This document shows, piece by piece, positions 25,746 to 38,129 of a DNA stretch of 64,000 nt; the stretch's first letter is position 1, and every line of letters begins with the position of its first letter. Made by a program: the position numbers and the translations under genes. The DNA is from Squalus acanthias (Eukaryota), in contig JASTWF010000351.1 in assembly GCA_030390025.1 (NCBI GenBank), positions 434,001 to 498,000 of the forward strand. The letters are read 5' to 3'. Below the pieces are notes generated by a model, which was not told the origin of the DNA, made no database searches, and saw only the letters and a list, made by a program, of their open reading frames with translations.

Positions 25746-26857
25746 AGCATAGAAGATAGGAGCAGGAGTAGGCCATTCGGCCCCTCGAGCCTGCTCCGCC
25801 ATTTAATGAGATCATGGCTGATGATTCAAATTCAGTACCCTGTCCCTGCTTTCTCCCCATATCACTTGATCCCTTTAGCCTTAAGAAATATATCTATCTC
25901 CTTCTTGAATATATTTAATGAATTGGCCTCAACTGCCTTCTGTGGTAGAGAATTCCACAGGTTCACCACTCTCTGGGTGAAGAAATTCCTCCTCATCTCA
26001 GTCCTAAATGGCTTACCCTTATCCTTAGACTGTGACCCCTGGTTCTGGACTCCCTGGCCATCGGGAACATCCTTCCTGCATCTAGTCTGTCTAGTCCTGT
26101 TAGAATTTTATAAGTTTCAATGAGATCCCCTCTCATTCTTCGAAACTCTAGAGAATATAAGCCAAATCAACCCAATCTCTCTTCATACGTCATTCCTGCC
26201 ATCCCAGATATCAGTCTGGTGAATCTTCGCTGCACTCCCTCCATGGCAAGAACATCCTTCCTCAAATAAGGCGACCAAAACTGCACACAATACTCAATGT
26301 GTGGTCTCACCAAGGCCTTGTACAACTGCAGCAAGACATCCTTACTCCTGTACTCGAATCCTCTCGCTATGAAGGCCAACATACCATTTGCCTTCTTAAC
26401 CACCTGCTGCACCTGCATGCTTACCTTCAGCGACTGGTGCACAAGGACTCCCAGATCTCGTTGCACTTCCCCTTTTCCCAATCTATTGCCGTTCGCATAA
26501 TAATCTGTCTTCCTGTTTTTGCCACCAAAGTGGATAACCTCGCATTTATCCACATTATACTGCATCTGCCATGCATCTGCCCAATCACCCAACCTGTCCA
26601 AATCATACTGGAGTTTATCTGCATCTTCCTCACAGCACACACACCCACCCAGCTTTGTGTCGTCTGCAAACTTACAGATATTACATCTAGTTCCCTCGTC
26701 TAGATCATTAATATATACTGTGAATAGCTGGGGTCCTAGCACCGATCCCTGTGGTACCCCACTATTCACTGCCTGCCACTCGGAAAAAGACCCGTTTATT
26801 CCAACTCTTTGCTTCCTGTCTGCCAACCAGTTCTCTATCCAAATCAGTACCTCACCC
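25746..26857 (-). mobile_element. 5'-truncated CR1 RT/3' fragment
   Basis: ORF 26167-26880 from GEVLIWIENW onward; premature stop and frameshift; CR1 3' UTR. Confidence 0.95.
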
Positions 26858-27410
26858 TGGTATGTGAGTGTGAGTTTCACTCTGTATCTGACCGTCTCTG
26901 GTATGTGAGTGTTGGTTTCACTCTGTATTAGACAGTCTCTGGTATGTGAGTGTGAGTTTCACTCTGTATCTGACCGCCTCTGGTATGTGAGTGTGGGTTT
27001 GACTCTGTATTAGACAGTCTCTGGTATGTGAGTGTGAGTTTCACTCTGTATCTGACCGTCTCTGGTATGTGAGTGTGGGTTTCACTCTGTATTAGACAGT
27101 CTCTGGTATGTGAGTGTGAGTTTAACTCTGTATCTGACCGTCTCTGGTATGTGAGTGTGAGTTTCACTCTGTATCTGATAGTCTCTGGTATGTGAGTGTG
27201 AGTTTCACTCTGTATCTGACAGTCTCTGGTATGTGAGTGTGAGTTTCACTCTGTATCTGACAGTCTCTGGTATGTGAGTGTGAGTTTCACTCTGTATCTG
27301 ACAGTCTCTGGTATGTGAGTGTGAGTTTCACTCTGTATCTGACAGTCTCTGGTATGTGAGTGTGAGTTTCACTCTGTATCTGACAGTCTCTGGTATGTGA
27401 GTGTTGGTTT
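26858..27410 (+). repeat. Homogeneous 41-bp tandem array (~13 units) with an 82-bp dimeric segment
   Basis: Unit gtctctggtatgtgagtgtgagtttcactctgtatctgaca. Alternating ctgacc/tagaca variants at ~26880-27140, near-identical monomers at ~27180-27400. Confidence 0.95.
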
Positions 27411-29087
27411 TATGCTGTACCTGTAAAAAGCTGTTGTAAGAGTAACGGTTTTATTCAATATCTGACAGTTTCTGGGATGGGAGTGTGGAATTCAGTCTGC
27501 ACCTGTAATTCACTGGTTTGTGAGTAATGATATTAATCTGTATCTGTTATTCGCTGGTGCCTGAGTTTTGTTTTCCTCTTTATCGTTCAGAGTCTGGAAT
27601 GTGTGTGTAGGCTTTACTCTGTACCTGTCAGTCTCTGGGATTTTAAGAACATAAGAAGTAGGAGCAGGAGTAGGCCATATGGCCCCTCGGGTCTGCTCCG
27701 CCATTCAATAGGATCATGGCTGATCCGAACCTAGACTCACGTCCACTTCCCTGTCCGCTCCCCATAACCCTTAATTCCCTTACAAGCTAGGAAACTGTCT
27801 ATCTCTGTTTTAAATTTATTTAATGTCGCAGCTTCCACAGCTCTCTGTGGTAGCAAATTCCATAGATTTACTACCCTCTGAGTGAAGAAGTTTCTCCTCA
27901 TCTCAGTTTTGAAACAGCAGCCCCTTATTCTCAGATTATGCCCCCTAGTTCTAGTCTCACCCATCAGTGGAAACATCCTCCCCGCCTCCACCCGATCAAG
28001 CCCCCTCACAATCTTATATGTTTCGATAAGATCGCCTCTCATTCTTCTGAATTCCAATGAGTAGAGGCCCAACCTACTCAACCTATCCTCATAAGTCAAC
28101 CCCCTCATCTCTGGAATCAACCCAGTGAACCTTCTCTGAACTGCCTCGAGAGCAAGTATATCTTTTCTTAAATATGGAAACCAAAACTGTACGCAGTATT
28201 CCAGGTGTGGCCTCACCAGTACCTTGTATAGCTGAAGCAAGAGTTCCCTGCTTTTATACTCCATCCCCCTTGCAATAAAAGCCAAGACTCCATTGGCCTT
28301 CCTGATCACCTGCTGTACCTGCATACTAACCTTCTGTGTTTCATGCACCAGGACCCCCAGATCCCTTTGTACTGTAGCATTTTGCACTTTCTTTCCATTT
28401 AGATAATAACTTGCTCTTTGATTTTTTCTGCCAAAGTGCATAACCTCACACTTTCCAACATTATATTCCATCTGCCAAATTTCCGCCCACTCACTTAGCC
28501 TGTCTATGTCCTTTTGCAGGTTTTTTATGTCCTCCTCACTCACTGCTTTTCCTCCCATCTTTGTATCATCAGCAAACTTGGATACGTTGCACTTGGTCCC
28601 CTCCTCCAAATCGTTAATATAGATTGTAAAGAGTTGGGGTCCCAGCACTGACCCATTCGGAACACCACTAGTTACTGATTGCCAACCCGAGAATGAACCA
28701 TTTATCCCAACTCTCTGTTTTCTGTTAGATAGCCAATCTTCCACCCATGCCAGTATATTACCCCCATTCCCGTGATTTTTTATCTTGTGCAGTAATCTTT
28801 TGTGTGGCACCTTATCAAATGCCTTTTGGAAGTCCAAATACACCACATCCACTGGTTCCCCTTTATCCACCCTGTTTGTTACATCCTCAAAGAATTCGAG
28901 CAAATTTGTCAAGCATGATTTCCCCTTCATAAAACCATGCTGACGCTGTCCGATTAAATTATGCTTATCCAAATGTCATGTAACTGCTTCCTTAATAATG
29001 GACTCCAACATTTTACCAACCACAGATGTTAGGCTAACTGGTCTATGGTTTCCAGCCTTTTGTCTACCCCCCTTTTTAAATAAGGGC

Positions 29088-29744
29088 ATAGAAACATAGA
29101 AACATAGAAGATAGGAGCAGGAGTAGGCCATTCGGCCCCTCGAGCCTGCTCCGCCATTCGATGAGATCATGGCTGATCATCTAAACTCAGTACCCTGTAC
29201 CTGCCTTCTCCCCATATCTCTTGATACCTTTAGCTTTAAGAAATATATCTAACTCATCCTTGAATATATTTAATGACTTCGCCTCAACTACCTTCTGTGG
29301 TAGAGAATTCCACAGGTTCACCACTCTCTGGGTGAAGAAATTCTTCCTCATTTCCGTCCTAAATGGTTTACCCGTTATCCGTAGATTAGGACCCCTGGTT
29401 CTGGACTCTCCGACCATCGGGAACATTCTTCCTGCATCTAGTTTGTCCAGACCTGTCAGAATTTTATATGTTTCGATGAGATCCCCTCTCATTCTTCTAT
29501 ACTCCAGTGAGTATAAGCCCAATCGACCCAATCTCTCCTCATATGTCATTCCTGCCATCCCAGGTATCAGCCTTGTGAATCTTCGCTGAACTCCTTCCAT
29601 GGCAAGAACATCCTTCCTCAGATAAGGCGACCAAAACTGCACACAGTACTCAAGGTGTGGTCTCACCAAGGCCCTGTACAACTGCAGCAGGACATCCCTG
29701 TTCCGATACTCAAACCCTTTCGCTATGAAGGCCAACATACCATT
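29088..29744 (-). mobile_element. CR1 3' fragment nested in the full-length CR1
   Basis: Nearly identical to the 3' end of 42785-44521. Own (tatgtttc) tail at ~29088-29108. Host flanks taagggc | cattagcag rejoin. Confidence 0.95.
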
Positions 29745-31373
29745 AGCAGTTTTCCAATCTGCTGGGACCTTTCCCGAATCCAGGGAGTTTTGGAAAATTA
29801 CCACCATTGCATCCGCAATCCCTACCGCTGCTTCTCTCAAGACCCTAGGATGTAAGCCATCAGGTCCAGGGGATTTATCCGCCTTAAGTCCCATTATCTT
29901 ACCGAGTACCATCTCCTTAGTGATTTTAATCGTGTTTAGCTCCTCCCCCCTATAGCCCCCCGTTTGTCCAGTGTTGGGATATTTTTAGTATCCTCTACTG
30001 TAAAGACTGATACAAAATATTTGTTCAGCGTATTTGCCATCTCCGTGTTCCCCACTACTAATTTCCCGGTCTCGTCCTCTAAGGGAACAACATTCACTTT
30101 AGCCACCCTTTTTCTTTTTATATAACTGTAGAAACTCTTGCTGTCTGTTTGAATATTTTTTGCTAGTTTATTTTCATAATCTATCTTCCCCTTCTTAATT
30201 CATCTTTTAGTTATTCTTTGATGGCTTTTAAATGCTTCCCAATCTTCTATCCTCCCACTAGATTTGGCTACTTTATATGCCCTTGTTTTCAGTCGGATAC
30301 TATCCTTTATTACTTTACTTAGCCACGGATGGCTGTCTTTTCTTTTACGCCCCTTTTTCCTCAGTGGAATATATTTTTCTTGAAAGTTGTGAAATACCTC
30401 CTTGAATGTACACCACTGCTCCTGTACCGTCTTACACCTTAATCTATTTTCCCAGTCCACTTTAGTCAACTCTGCTCTCATACCTTCATAGTCTCCTTTA
30501 TTTAAGCTTAGTACGCTGGTTTGCGATCCAACTCTCTCACCCTCCAACTGAATTTGGAATTCAACCATGTTATGGTCACTCATTCCAAGGGGATCCTTTA
30601 CTAGGACATTTTTTATTAATCCTGTCTCATTACACAGGACCAGATCTAAGATTGCCTGCCCCCTGGTTGGTTCCGTAACATACTGCTCAAGGAACCCGTC
30701 CCTAATGCACTCTATGAACTCTTCCCCAAGGCTGCCCTGCCCAATTTGATTTGTCCAGTCAATATGAAAGTTAAAATATCCCATGATTATAGCTGTTCCC
30801 TTATTACAAAAAACAACTATTTCCTGATTTATACTCCAACCAATAGAGTTACAACTGTTAGGAGGCCTATAGACTACGCCCACTAGTGACTTTTTCCCCT
30901 TATTATTCCTTATCTCCACCCAAACTGTTTCACTATCCTGATCCTTTGACCCAATATAATTTCTCACTATTGCAGTGATTCCATCCTTTATTAACATAGC
31001 CACCCCACCTCCCTTTCCTTCCTGTCTGTCCTTCCTAATAGTCAAATACCCCTGAGTGTTTAGATCCCAGTCATGGTCACCTCGCAGCCATGTTTCCGTA
31101 ATGGCCACCAGATCATACCCATGTGCAGTTATTTGTACCGTCAACTCGTCTATTTTGTTACGAATGCTGCGTGCATTCAGATAAGGAACTTTTAAACATG
31201 TTTTGTGACAATTTATTCCTGCTTTTACCCCCTTTACTACTTTACCTTTATCTTTATATATTCTGTCCCTTCCTGACACACTCTGGTTTTTAATTTCCCC
31301 ACTGCTAATTTGCTCTATTGCCTTCTCCGCTGACATTTTTATTCTTCGCTCTCTTGAAACCTCCCCCCCAAAA

Positions 31374-32330
31374 TTAGTTTAAAACCCTCTCTACAGCCCT
31401 AGTTATTCGATTCGCCAGGATTCTAGTCCCAGCACTGGCCAAGTGAAGTCCGTCCCAACGGAACAGCTCTCTCCCGTCCCAGTACTGGTGCCAGTGTCCC
31501 AAGAAGCAAAACCCATTTCTCCCACACCAGTCTTTGAGCCACGCATTTAACTCTCTGATTTTATTTACCCTAGCCAAATTTGCTCGTGGCTCAGGTAGTA
31601 ATCCAGAGATTATTACCCTTGTGGTTCTGCTTTTTAATTTGGCCCCTAGCTGCTCATACTCCCTCAGCAGAACCTCTTTCCTTGTCCTATCTATGTCATT
31701 GGTACCAACATGGACCACGACAACTGGATCCTCCCCCTCCCATTCCAAGTTTCTCTCCAGCCCAGAGGAGATGTCCTTAACCCTGGCACCGGGCAGGCAA
31801 CACAACCTTCGGGACTCTCGCTCTCGGCTGCAAAGAACCCTATCTATCCCCCTTATGATACTATCCCCTACCACTACAACATTTCTTTTTACTCCCCCCA
31901 CTTGAATGGCCCCCCGTTCCACGGTGCTGTGGCCAGGTTGCTCATCCTCCCTGCAGTCCCTGCTCCCGTCCTCACAGGGAGTAAGAGCCTCGAACCTGTT
32001 GGACAAGAGCAAGGGCTGTGGCTCCTCCAACACTACCTCCTGGATCCCCGTACCTGCCTCACTCATAGTCACACCCTCCTGTCCCTGACCACGGACTACA
32101 TCTGAATTAGTTAATCTAATTGGTGTGACTACTTCCTGGAACACAGAGTCCAGGTAACTCTCCCCCTCCCTGATGTGTCGCAGTGTTTGAAGCTCGGACT
32201 CCAGCTCATCAACATGGAGCCGGAGTTCCTCGAGCAGCCAACACTTACTGCAAATGTGATCACCGTGAGCATCAATGGTGTCCACCAGCTCCCACATATT
32301 GCAGCAGTAACACATCACCTGCTCTCCCAT
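31374..32330 (-). CDS. CR1 ORF1 protein, 318 aa: Cys-rich zinc finger, coiled coil, SGNH/GDSL esterase
   Basis: CYCC...CSKC, heptad LEELRLHVDELESELQTL, VVVGDSII, VHVGTND, DGLHL. Confidence 0.92.
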   Translation of the reverse strand: MGEQVMCYCCNMWELVDTIDAHGDHICSKCWLLEELRLHVDELESELQTLRHIREGESYLDSVFQEVVTPIRLTNSDVVRGQGQEGVTMSEAGTGIQEVVLEEPQPLLLSNRFEALTPCEDGSRDCREDEQPGHSTVERGAIQVGGVKRNVVVVGDSIIRGIDRVLCSRERESRRLCCLPGARVKDISSGLERNLEWEGEDPVVVVHVGTNDIDRTRKEVLLREYEQLGAKLKSRTTRVIISGLLPEPRANLARVNKIRELNAWLKDWCGRNGFCFLGHWHQYWDGRELFRWDGLHLASAGTRILANRITRAVERVLN

Positions 32331-33516
32331 TCTATGTAATTAATTAAATTTATTAATATTTTTTAAATACCCTCTGCCCCGCCTGATGAATATCACACCT
32401 TAGAAACTATAAACCACTGAGTTTAAGTTTAAAAAGAGAGAAATACTCACCAACCAATTACTTACCTGCTTTCTGGTGATGTCACACCTCGATTATTTTT
32501 TACCTCTCTCCCTCCCTCCGAGTTCGGAGACTGGTCCCACCTTACCTGGTCTCTGGAGCCTTTTAAACCCTGTGCCGCCGCCTCGCCTCACGCAGGTCCG
32601 CCGCCGCACCAGGAAGCTGATAAAGATGGAAAAAGGAAGGAACACCTCCCTCCCCGAACTCCCTCACTCACCAAACTTGCAGCTTAACACTCTGTTTTTA
32701 TTCTGTATCTGTCAGCTTCTGGTGTGCAAGTGTGGATTTCACTCTGTTCCTTTCTGTCTCTTGTATGTGAGTGTGGTGTTATCTCTGTAAATGTTAGTTT
32801 CTCGTACGTGAGTGTGGTTTTATGCTGTACCTGTCAGTTTCTGTTATATGATTAAGTCTTTTAATCAGTCGCTGCCTATTTCTGGTATGGGAGTGTGGAG
32901 TTTAGATTGTATCTGCCAGTCTATGCTTGTGGGTGTGGGGTTCACCCTGTACCAGTCACTCTCTGGGGTGTGAGTGCGAGTTTCACTCTGTATCTGTCAG
33001 TCTCTTTTAATTGAGTGCGGATTTTATCTATAGCTGTCAAACTGGTATGTGAGTGTGGGTTTTCCTCTATAGCTATCCGTCTCTAGGATATGTGTGTGGG
33101 TTTTCCTATAACTCAGTTTCTATTATATGGATGTAGTGTTTTGTCAGTTTCTGGTGTGATTGAGGATTTTTCTTTGTACCTGTCTTTCTCTGCTTTGTGT
33201 GTGTGGGCTTTATTCTGCAGCTGTCAGATTCTGCTACTGTGTGTGAGTGTGGGATTGATTATTTACCTGTTACACTGGTAATGTGTGTGAGTGTGAGAAT
33301 TATTATGTAATTGACAGTCTCTTGTACTGTGCTATTCTTGCTCTGTGTGACTGTTGGATTTCATTCCTTCTCCACCTGTGTAGGTCAATGCTAGTTAGAG
33401 TATCTGTGACTGTCTCAGGAGGAGGTATGGTTCAGTCCATTACCTCCGATTCTCTGTTCTTGTATGTTAGTTGTTGGGTTTGATAGTACGTGTACAGCAG
33501 CCAGTGTGGATTGAAA

Positions 33517-33602
33517 CCGTAAAGTGCTTAGTGACAACATCCAGAGCACAAAACAAAGGATCTTCTTAGAGGCCCCACCGCATCACTGAGAAAGCAGTGA
33601 CC
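33517..33602 (+). pseudogene. H4: Internally deleted H4, copy B (also 5'-truncated, stem-loop decayed)
   Basis: ACCGTAAAGTGCTTAGTGACAACATCCAGAGCACAAAACAAAGGATCTTCTTAGAGG has the same junction and the same R23S (CTTAGT) as copies A and C. Confidence 0.8.
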
Positions 33603-34257
33603 TGGGACCGGGAGCGGGGATATATTGGGGTGGGGAATAGCTTCAGAATTATTAGGATTATGTGGTTACAAATGACTCTTTGGCCCGGACCCTGTATTCT
33701 CCCCTCACAGTGAAAAGCTCTTTTAGTCTTCCTGGGTGTCCATGCGCTCAGTGTTCTGTTTCCATTCAGCTTTTCTATATCAGACAGATGGTGTGACGGG
33801 GAACCGGAGCTTTCCACGACACAATAGGTTAATCCTAGCTTCTGTGATAAGAGGCCAACTTGTGAGATTATTCTCCTTCTGAAGTTTGCTTCCTGCCCAG
33901 ATACTGTCGGGGACTATGGAATTCAAGGGTTTAAGAAAAGTAATTGGATGGACTGGAATGACTCCAGTTCTAACTGTCGGAGCCCGCTGCAACCTGAGGC
34001 TACTTCGGATTGGTCGCTTGATTTAAATCGCATTTCCTTAACAGAACTAACTATTGACCTCAATTGAACAATGTTTAAATTAAGTTAGAAACATTCTGCC
34101 AAATTCAAAAAAGAAAGACTTTTATTTATAATTATTAAATTCGACAGTGACAGACATTAAAATGGGGCAGAGTCAGTAATTTTCGAATAATTTTCTCACC
34201 AAATTGAAAGGACGTTAGCCGGAATGAATAAACTGACGAAATCAGTGCATTAAACTG

Positions 34258-34510
34258 GCGGCTCCTTCAGAGAGGCTGTGGATTGCTCTTAAAAGCGCCG
34301 TTGTGTTTTCTGTATTTTTGTCAGTAAATTGTGGAGTTTTACTTGGAGCTGGCGTACTTGATCACCCCGTGCTTGGCCAGCTCCCCGGGCAGCGCCAGAC
34401 TCACGGTGGTCTGGATGTGTGTACACAATCCGCACACGCCAAACTATTAGAGGTTGGTGCCATCTCCTGGCTGAAAGCGAGTGCTGCAACAAGAGACAAT
34501 CATTCAGCAG
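34258..34510 (-). pseudogene. H2B: Chimeric H2B C-terminal fragment with decayed stem-loop, copy B
   Basis: 34416->34339 reads [25 protein letters not shown]; stem-loop remnant GGCGCTTTTAAGAGCA at 34284-34299. Confidence 0.85.
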
Positions 34511-35446
34511 AAACTATTTTAATTTCGAGAGAAAATACATCAGCAACGTGTTATGTTCAGCTTAAAACCATTGCAAAGTATTTTATTGGTCGAGCTGAAA
34601 ACTCAAAAAAGCCATTAAAGACAGATGGACGCGCTCACCCGATTCTAGTGTGAACAGTGTGAATGATCTTTGTTTGTGGGATAGACACTGCCTCTGTCAC
34701 TCTGGTACTATGTGTCGATGTGGGATTCACCGGTGAGGGTAGGATAGATGCTGTATCTGTTACTCTCTGGTACTGTGTGTCAGAGTGGGATGGACAGCTG
34801 AGTATGGGATAGATACTGTACATGTCACTCTCTGATGATGCTGTCAATGTGGGATATATTGGGATATATTTGTGAACATAGGACAGATATTGTATCTCTC
34901 ACTCTCTGGTACAGTGTGGCAGAGTTGAATTGCTAGGTGAGTGTTGGATAGATACAGCCTCTGTCATTCTCTGATACTATATGTCAGATTCTGATTGACA
35001 GCTGAAGGTAGATGTAAACTGTCACTTTCAATCTCTGATGCAGTATCCGTGTGGAATTGACTGGTGAATATAGGATAGATACTTCCACTTTCATTCTCTG
35101 ATCCATTGACAGATGAATATAGAATAGATATAGTTGGTGTCTGGTATGGGAGGGTAGATTTTACTCTGTATTTCTCCGCCTCTGGTATGTGAATGTGGCT
35201 TTACTCTGTATCTGTCAGTGTCTGATATGAGAGTGTGGGTTTTATTCTGTACCTTTCAATTTCTGCTAATTGCGTGTGTGGTTCACTCTGTACTTTCAAT
35301 CCCTGGTGTCTGAGTGTATGTTTTACTCTGTCAGTCTTTTCTATGTGAAAGTGGGTTCTACTCTATATCCGTCATTCTCCGGTATGTTAGTATCTACTTA
35401 TTCTGTACCAGTCAATTTATGATATGTGAGTATTCGTTTTATTCTC

Positions 35447-35780
35447 TAAGAACATAAGAATTAGGAGCAGGAGTAGGCCATAAGGCCCCTCGAGCCTGCT
35501 CTGCCATTCAATACGATCATGGCTGATCTTCGACCTCAACTCCACTTTCCTGCCCTTTCCCCATATCCCTTAATTCCTCTGCAGTACAAAAGTCTAACTA
35601 TCTCAGCCTTGAACATAAACAACGACTGGCATCCACTGCTCTTTGGGGCAGTGAATTCTAAGATTCACAACCCTCTGAGTGAAGAAATGCATCCTTATCT
35701 CAGTCTCAAAAGGCCGGCCGTTTATCCTGAGCCTTTACCCAGTAGTTCCAGATTCTCTAGTCAGGGGAAACAATCTCTGA
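35447..35780 (-). mobile_element. CR1 3' fragment
   Basis: CR1 3' UTR with (ttcttatg) tail and a degenerate end of ORF2. Confidence 0.85.
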
Positions 35781-37975
35781 AATGCGAGTGTGTGTTTTAC
35801 TCTATAACCACCAATTTCTGCTTAATTCAGAGTGGCTTTTCTTTGTACATGTCAGTTTCTTGTATGGATGAGAGCTTTTCGCCCTGTACCTGTCAATTAT
35901 TGGTAAGTACGTATGAGCTTTACTCTGTATCAGCCAACTTCTTTCGTGGGAGTGTTGGTTTTATTCTGTACCTGTCAATCTCTGATACATGAATGTGGGT
36001 TCTATTATGTACCTGTCAGTTTCTAAGAGGTAAAATCTAGTTTTATTCTATATCTGTCAGTTTTTGGTATGTGATTGCGGTTTTTAGTCTGTGCCTGTCA
36101 GTTTCTGGTAGGTCAGTGTGTGTTTTTTTCTGTACCGGTTGGTTTCAAGTAAGTGAGTGTGTGATTTACACTGTATCTGTCAGCCTTGGGTATGTGAATG
36201 TGCGTTTTACTATGTGTCTGTCTGTCTTCGGTATGTAAATGTGGGGTTTACTCAGTACCTGTCAATGTCTGATATGTGATTTGGGTTTTATGCTACCTGT
36301 GAGTTTCTGATATGTGAGTGTGGGTTTTACACCGTAACTGTCAGTTACTGGTATGTGAGGGTGACTTTTATTCTGCACCTTTCAGTTTCCGTTTTGTGAG
36401 TGTGGGTTCTTTTATGTACCTTTTGTTTTCTGATTAGTGAGTGTGTAATTTACTCTGTATCTGTCATTCTGTTGTATGTGAATGTGGGTTTTACCCTCTA
36501 TGTGTATGTGGAATGTGATGTGTTTTTATTCTGTATCTTTCAATGTTTGACGAGTGAATGTGGGTTTTATGCTGTAACTGTCAGGTTCTGATGTGTGTGT
36601 GGGGCTTTCACGCTGTACCTGTCCGTTTCCGGAAAGTGAGAGTGAGTTTTACTCGTCATCAGTCTGTCTCTGGTGTGTGGATGTGGGTTCTACGCTGTAC
36701 CCATCTGTCTCTGGTATGCTAGTATTTATTTTTCTCTGTACCAGTCAGTTTCTGATAGGTGAGTGTGGGTTCTCCTTTCTACCTGTCAATTTGTGCTGTG
36801 GAAGGGAGGGTTTACTCTCAATGGGTAAGCTTCTAGTTTGTGTGTGTGGGTTTTAGTGCGTATCTATCAGTTTCTGGTATGTGAGTGTGGATTTTATTCT
36901 GTACCTGTCAGCATCAGGTATGTGAGTGTGAGTGTCACTCTGTATCTATCAGTCTCTTGTATGTGAGTATGGGCTTTCCTCTGTATCTGTCAGTTTCTGT
37001 TATGGGAGTCGGAGTTTTTTTCTGTATATGTTATGTTCTGATATGTGAGTGTGGACCTTACTCTATAGCTGCCAGTTTGAGAGTGGGTTTTCATTTGTGG
37101 GATTTACTTTGTATCTATCAGTCTCTGGCACATGAATGTGGGTTGTTTTATGTACCTGTCAGTTTCTGATATGTAAATGTCAGTTTTATTTTGCATCTCT
37201 CACTTTCTGGTTTGTGTGTGTGGATTTTTCTCTGCATCAGTCAGTCTCCGGTTTCTGGATGTGAGTTTTTCTCTGTACCCATCGGTCTCTATTATGCTAG
37301 TGGTTTAACTCTTTACAAGTCAGTATCTGGTAAATGAGTGTGGGTTTCCCATTCTACCTGTCAATTTCTACTATGGAAGTGAGGCTTTTACTCTGAATTT
37401 GTAATTTTTCTGTATGTGACAGTGGGTTTTAGTCTTTATCTGTCAGTCTCTGCTATGTGAGTGTTATTTATTATTTCCACTGTCTTCCGTTTCTGGTACG
37501 CGAATGTTGTTTTTATTATGTACCTGTCAGCTTCTGGTATGTGATTGGAGGTTCACTCTGTGTTAGTCAGTTCTGGTGTGAGAGTGTCTGTTTATTTATT
37601 ATCAGCCAGTCTCTTGTGTATCAGTTTGTTTTTAGTCTCCTTCCCTCATTTTCTGGTATCAGAGTGTGGGCTTTTCTCTGTACCTTTCATTTCCAATGTA
37701 TGCGAGTGTAGGTTTTATTCGGTACCTGTCAGTTTCTGGTATCTGAGTGTGGGTTTTTCTTTGTACCTGTCAGCCTCTGGTATGTGATAGTGGATTTTAA
37801 TCTGTATCTGTCATTTCTGAAATGTGAGTGTGGGTTTTTCTCTGTTCCTGACATTTTCTGTATATTAGTGTGTGTTTTAATCAGTACCTGCCAGTTTCTG
37901 GGATGGGAGTGTGATTTTTACTCTGTATCTGTCAGTCTCTGGTTTGTGAGTGAGTGTTTGACTCTGTTTCTGTCA
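35781..37975 (+). repeat. Degenerate ~41-bp satellite array
   Basis: Continuous diverged units of the same consensus; the Cys/Val/Ser-rich ORFs in the track are by-products of it. Confidence 0.88.
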
Positions 37976-38029
37976 GCCTGACATCCAACTGTTTTAAATG
38001 CCTCTAAACTCGGCAGCTCTACTACCCCA

Positions 38030-38129
38030 AATAACAACAGAAAACGCTGAAAAAACTCAGCAGGCCAGGCAACATCCGTGGAGAGAGAAAGAGAGTTAAC
38101 GTTTCAGGTCGAAACCCTTCGTCGGAACT
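38030..38129 (-). mobile_element. ~100-bp Penelope-type non-autonomous insert with hammerhead-like motif and 13-bp TSD, inside an ancient CR1 remnant
   Basis: TSD CTCTACTACCCCA at 38017-38029 and 38128-38140. Minus strand AGTT-CCGACGA-A-GGGT-TTCG-ACCT-GAAA-CGT-T-AACT at 38094-38129. Confidence 0.82.

Larger units (their letters stand above)
27645..32688 (-). mobile_element. Apparently full-length CR1 LINE (5' UTR, intact ORF1, disrupted ORF2), interrupted at ~29088-29744
   Basis: GC-rich 5' UTR ~32331-32688; ORF1 31374-32330; ORF2 pieces 30200-31336, ~29745-30190 and 27737-29087 with frameshifts and a stop; single 3' UTR with tail at ~27645. Confidence 0.93.

Noticed and set aside
26858..27410. 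CRISPR-like regular repeats
   Set aside because: Head-to-tail 41-bp units with no unique spacers, no cas genes and a vertebrate context; this is a satellite.
36400..37981. Cys/Val/Ser/Phe-rich ORFs in satellite arrays (also 20021-20982, 24369-24701, 52452-52725, 60872-62851)
   Set aside because: Translations of a 41/40-bp non-triplet repeat with no conserved frame; not zinc-finger genes.
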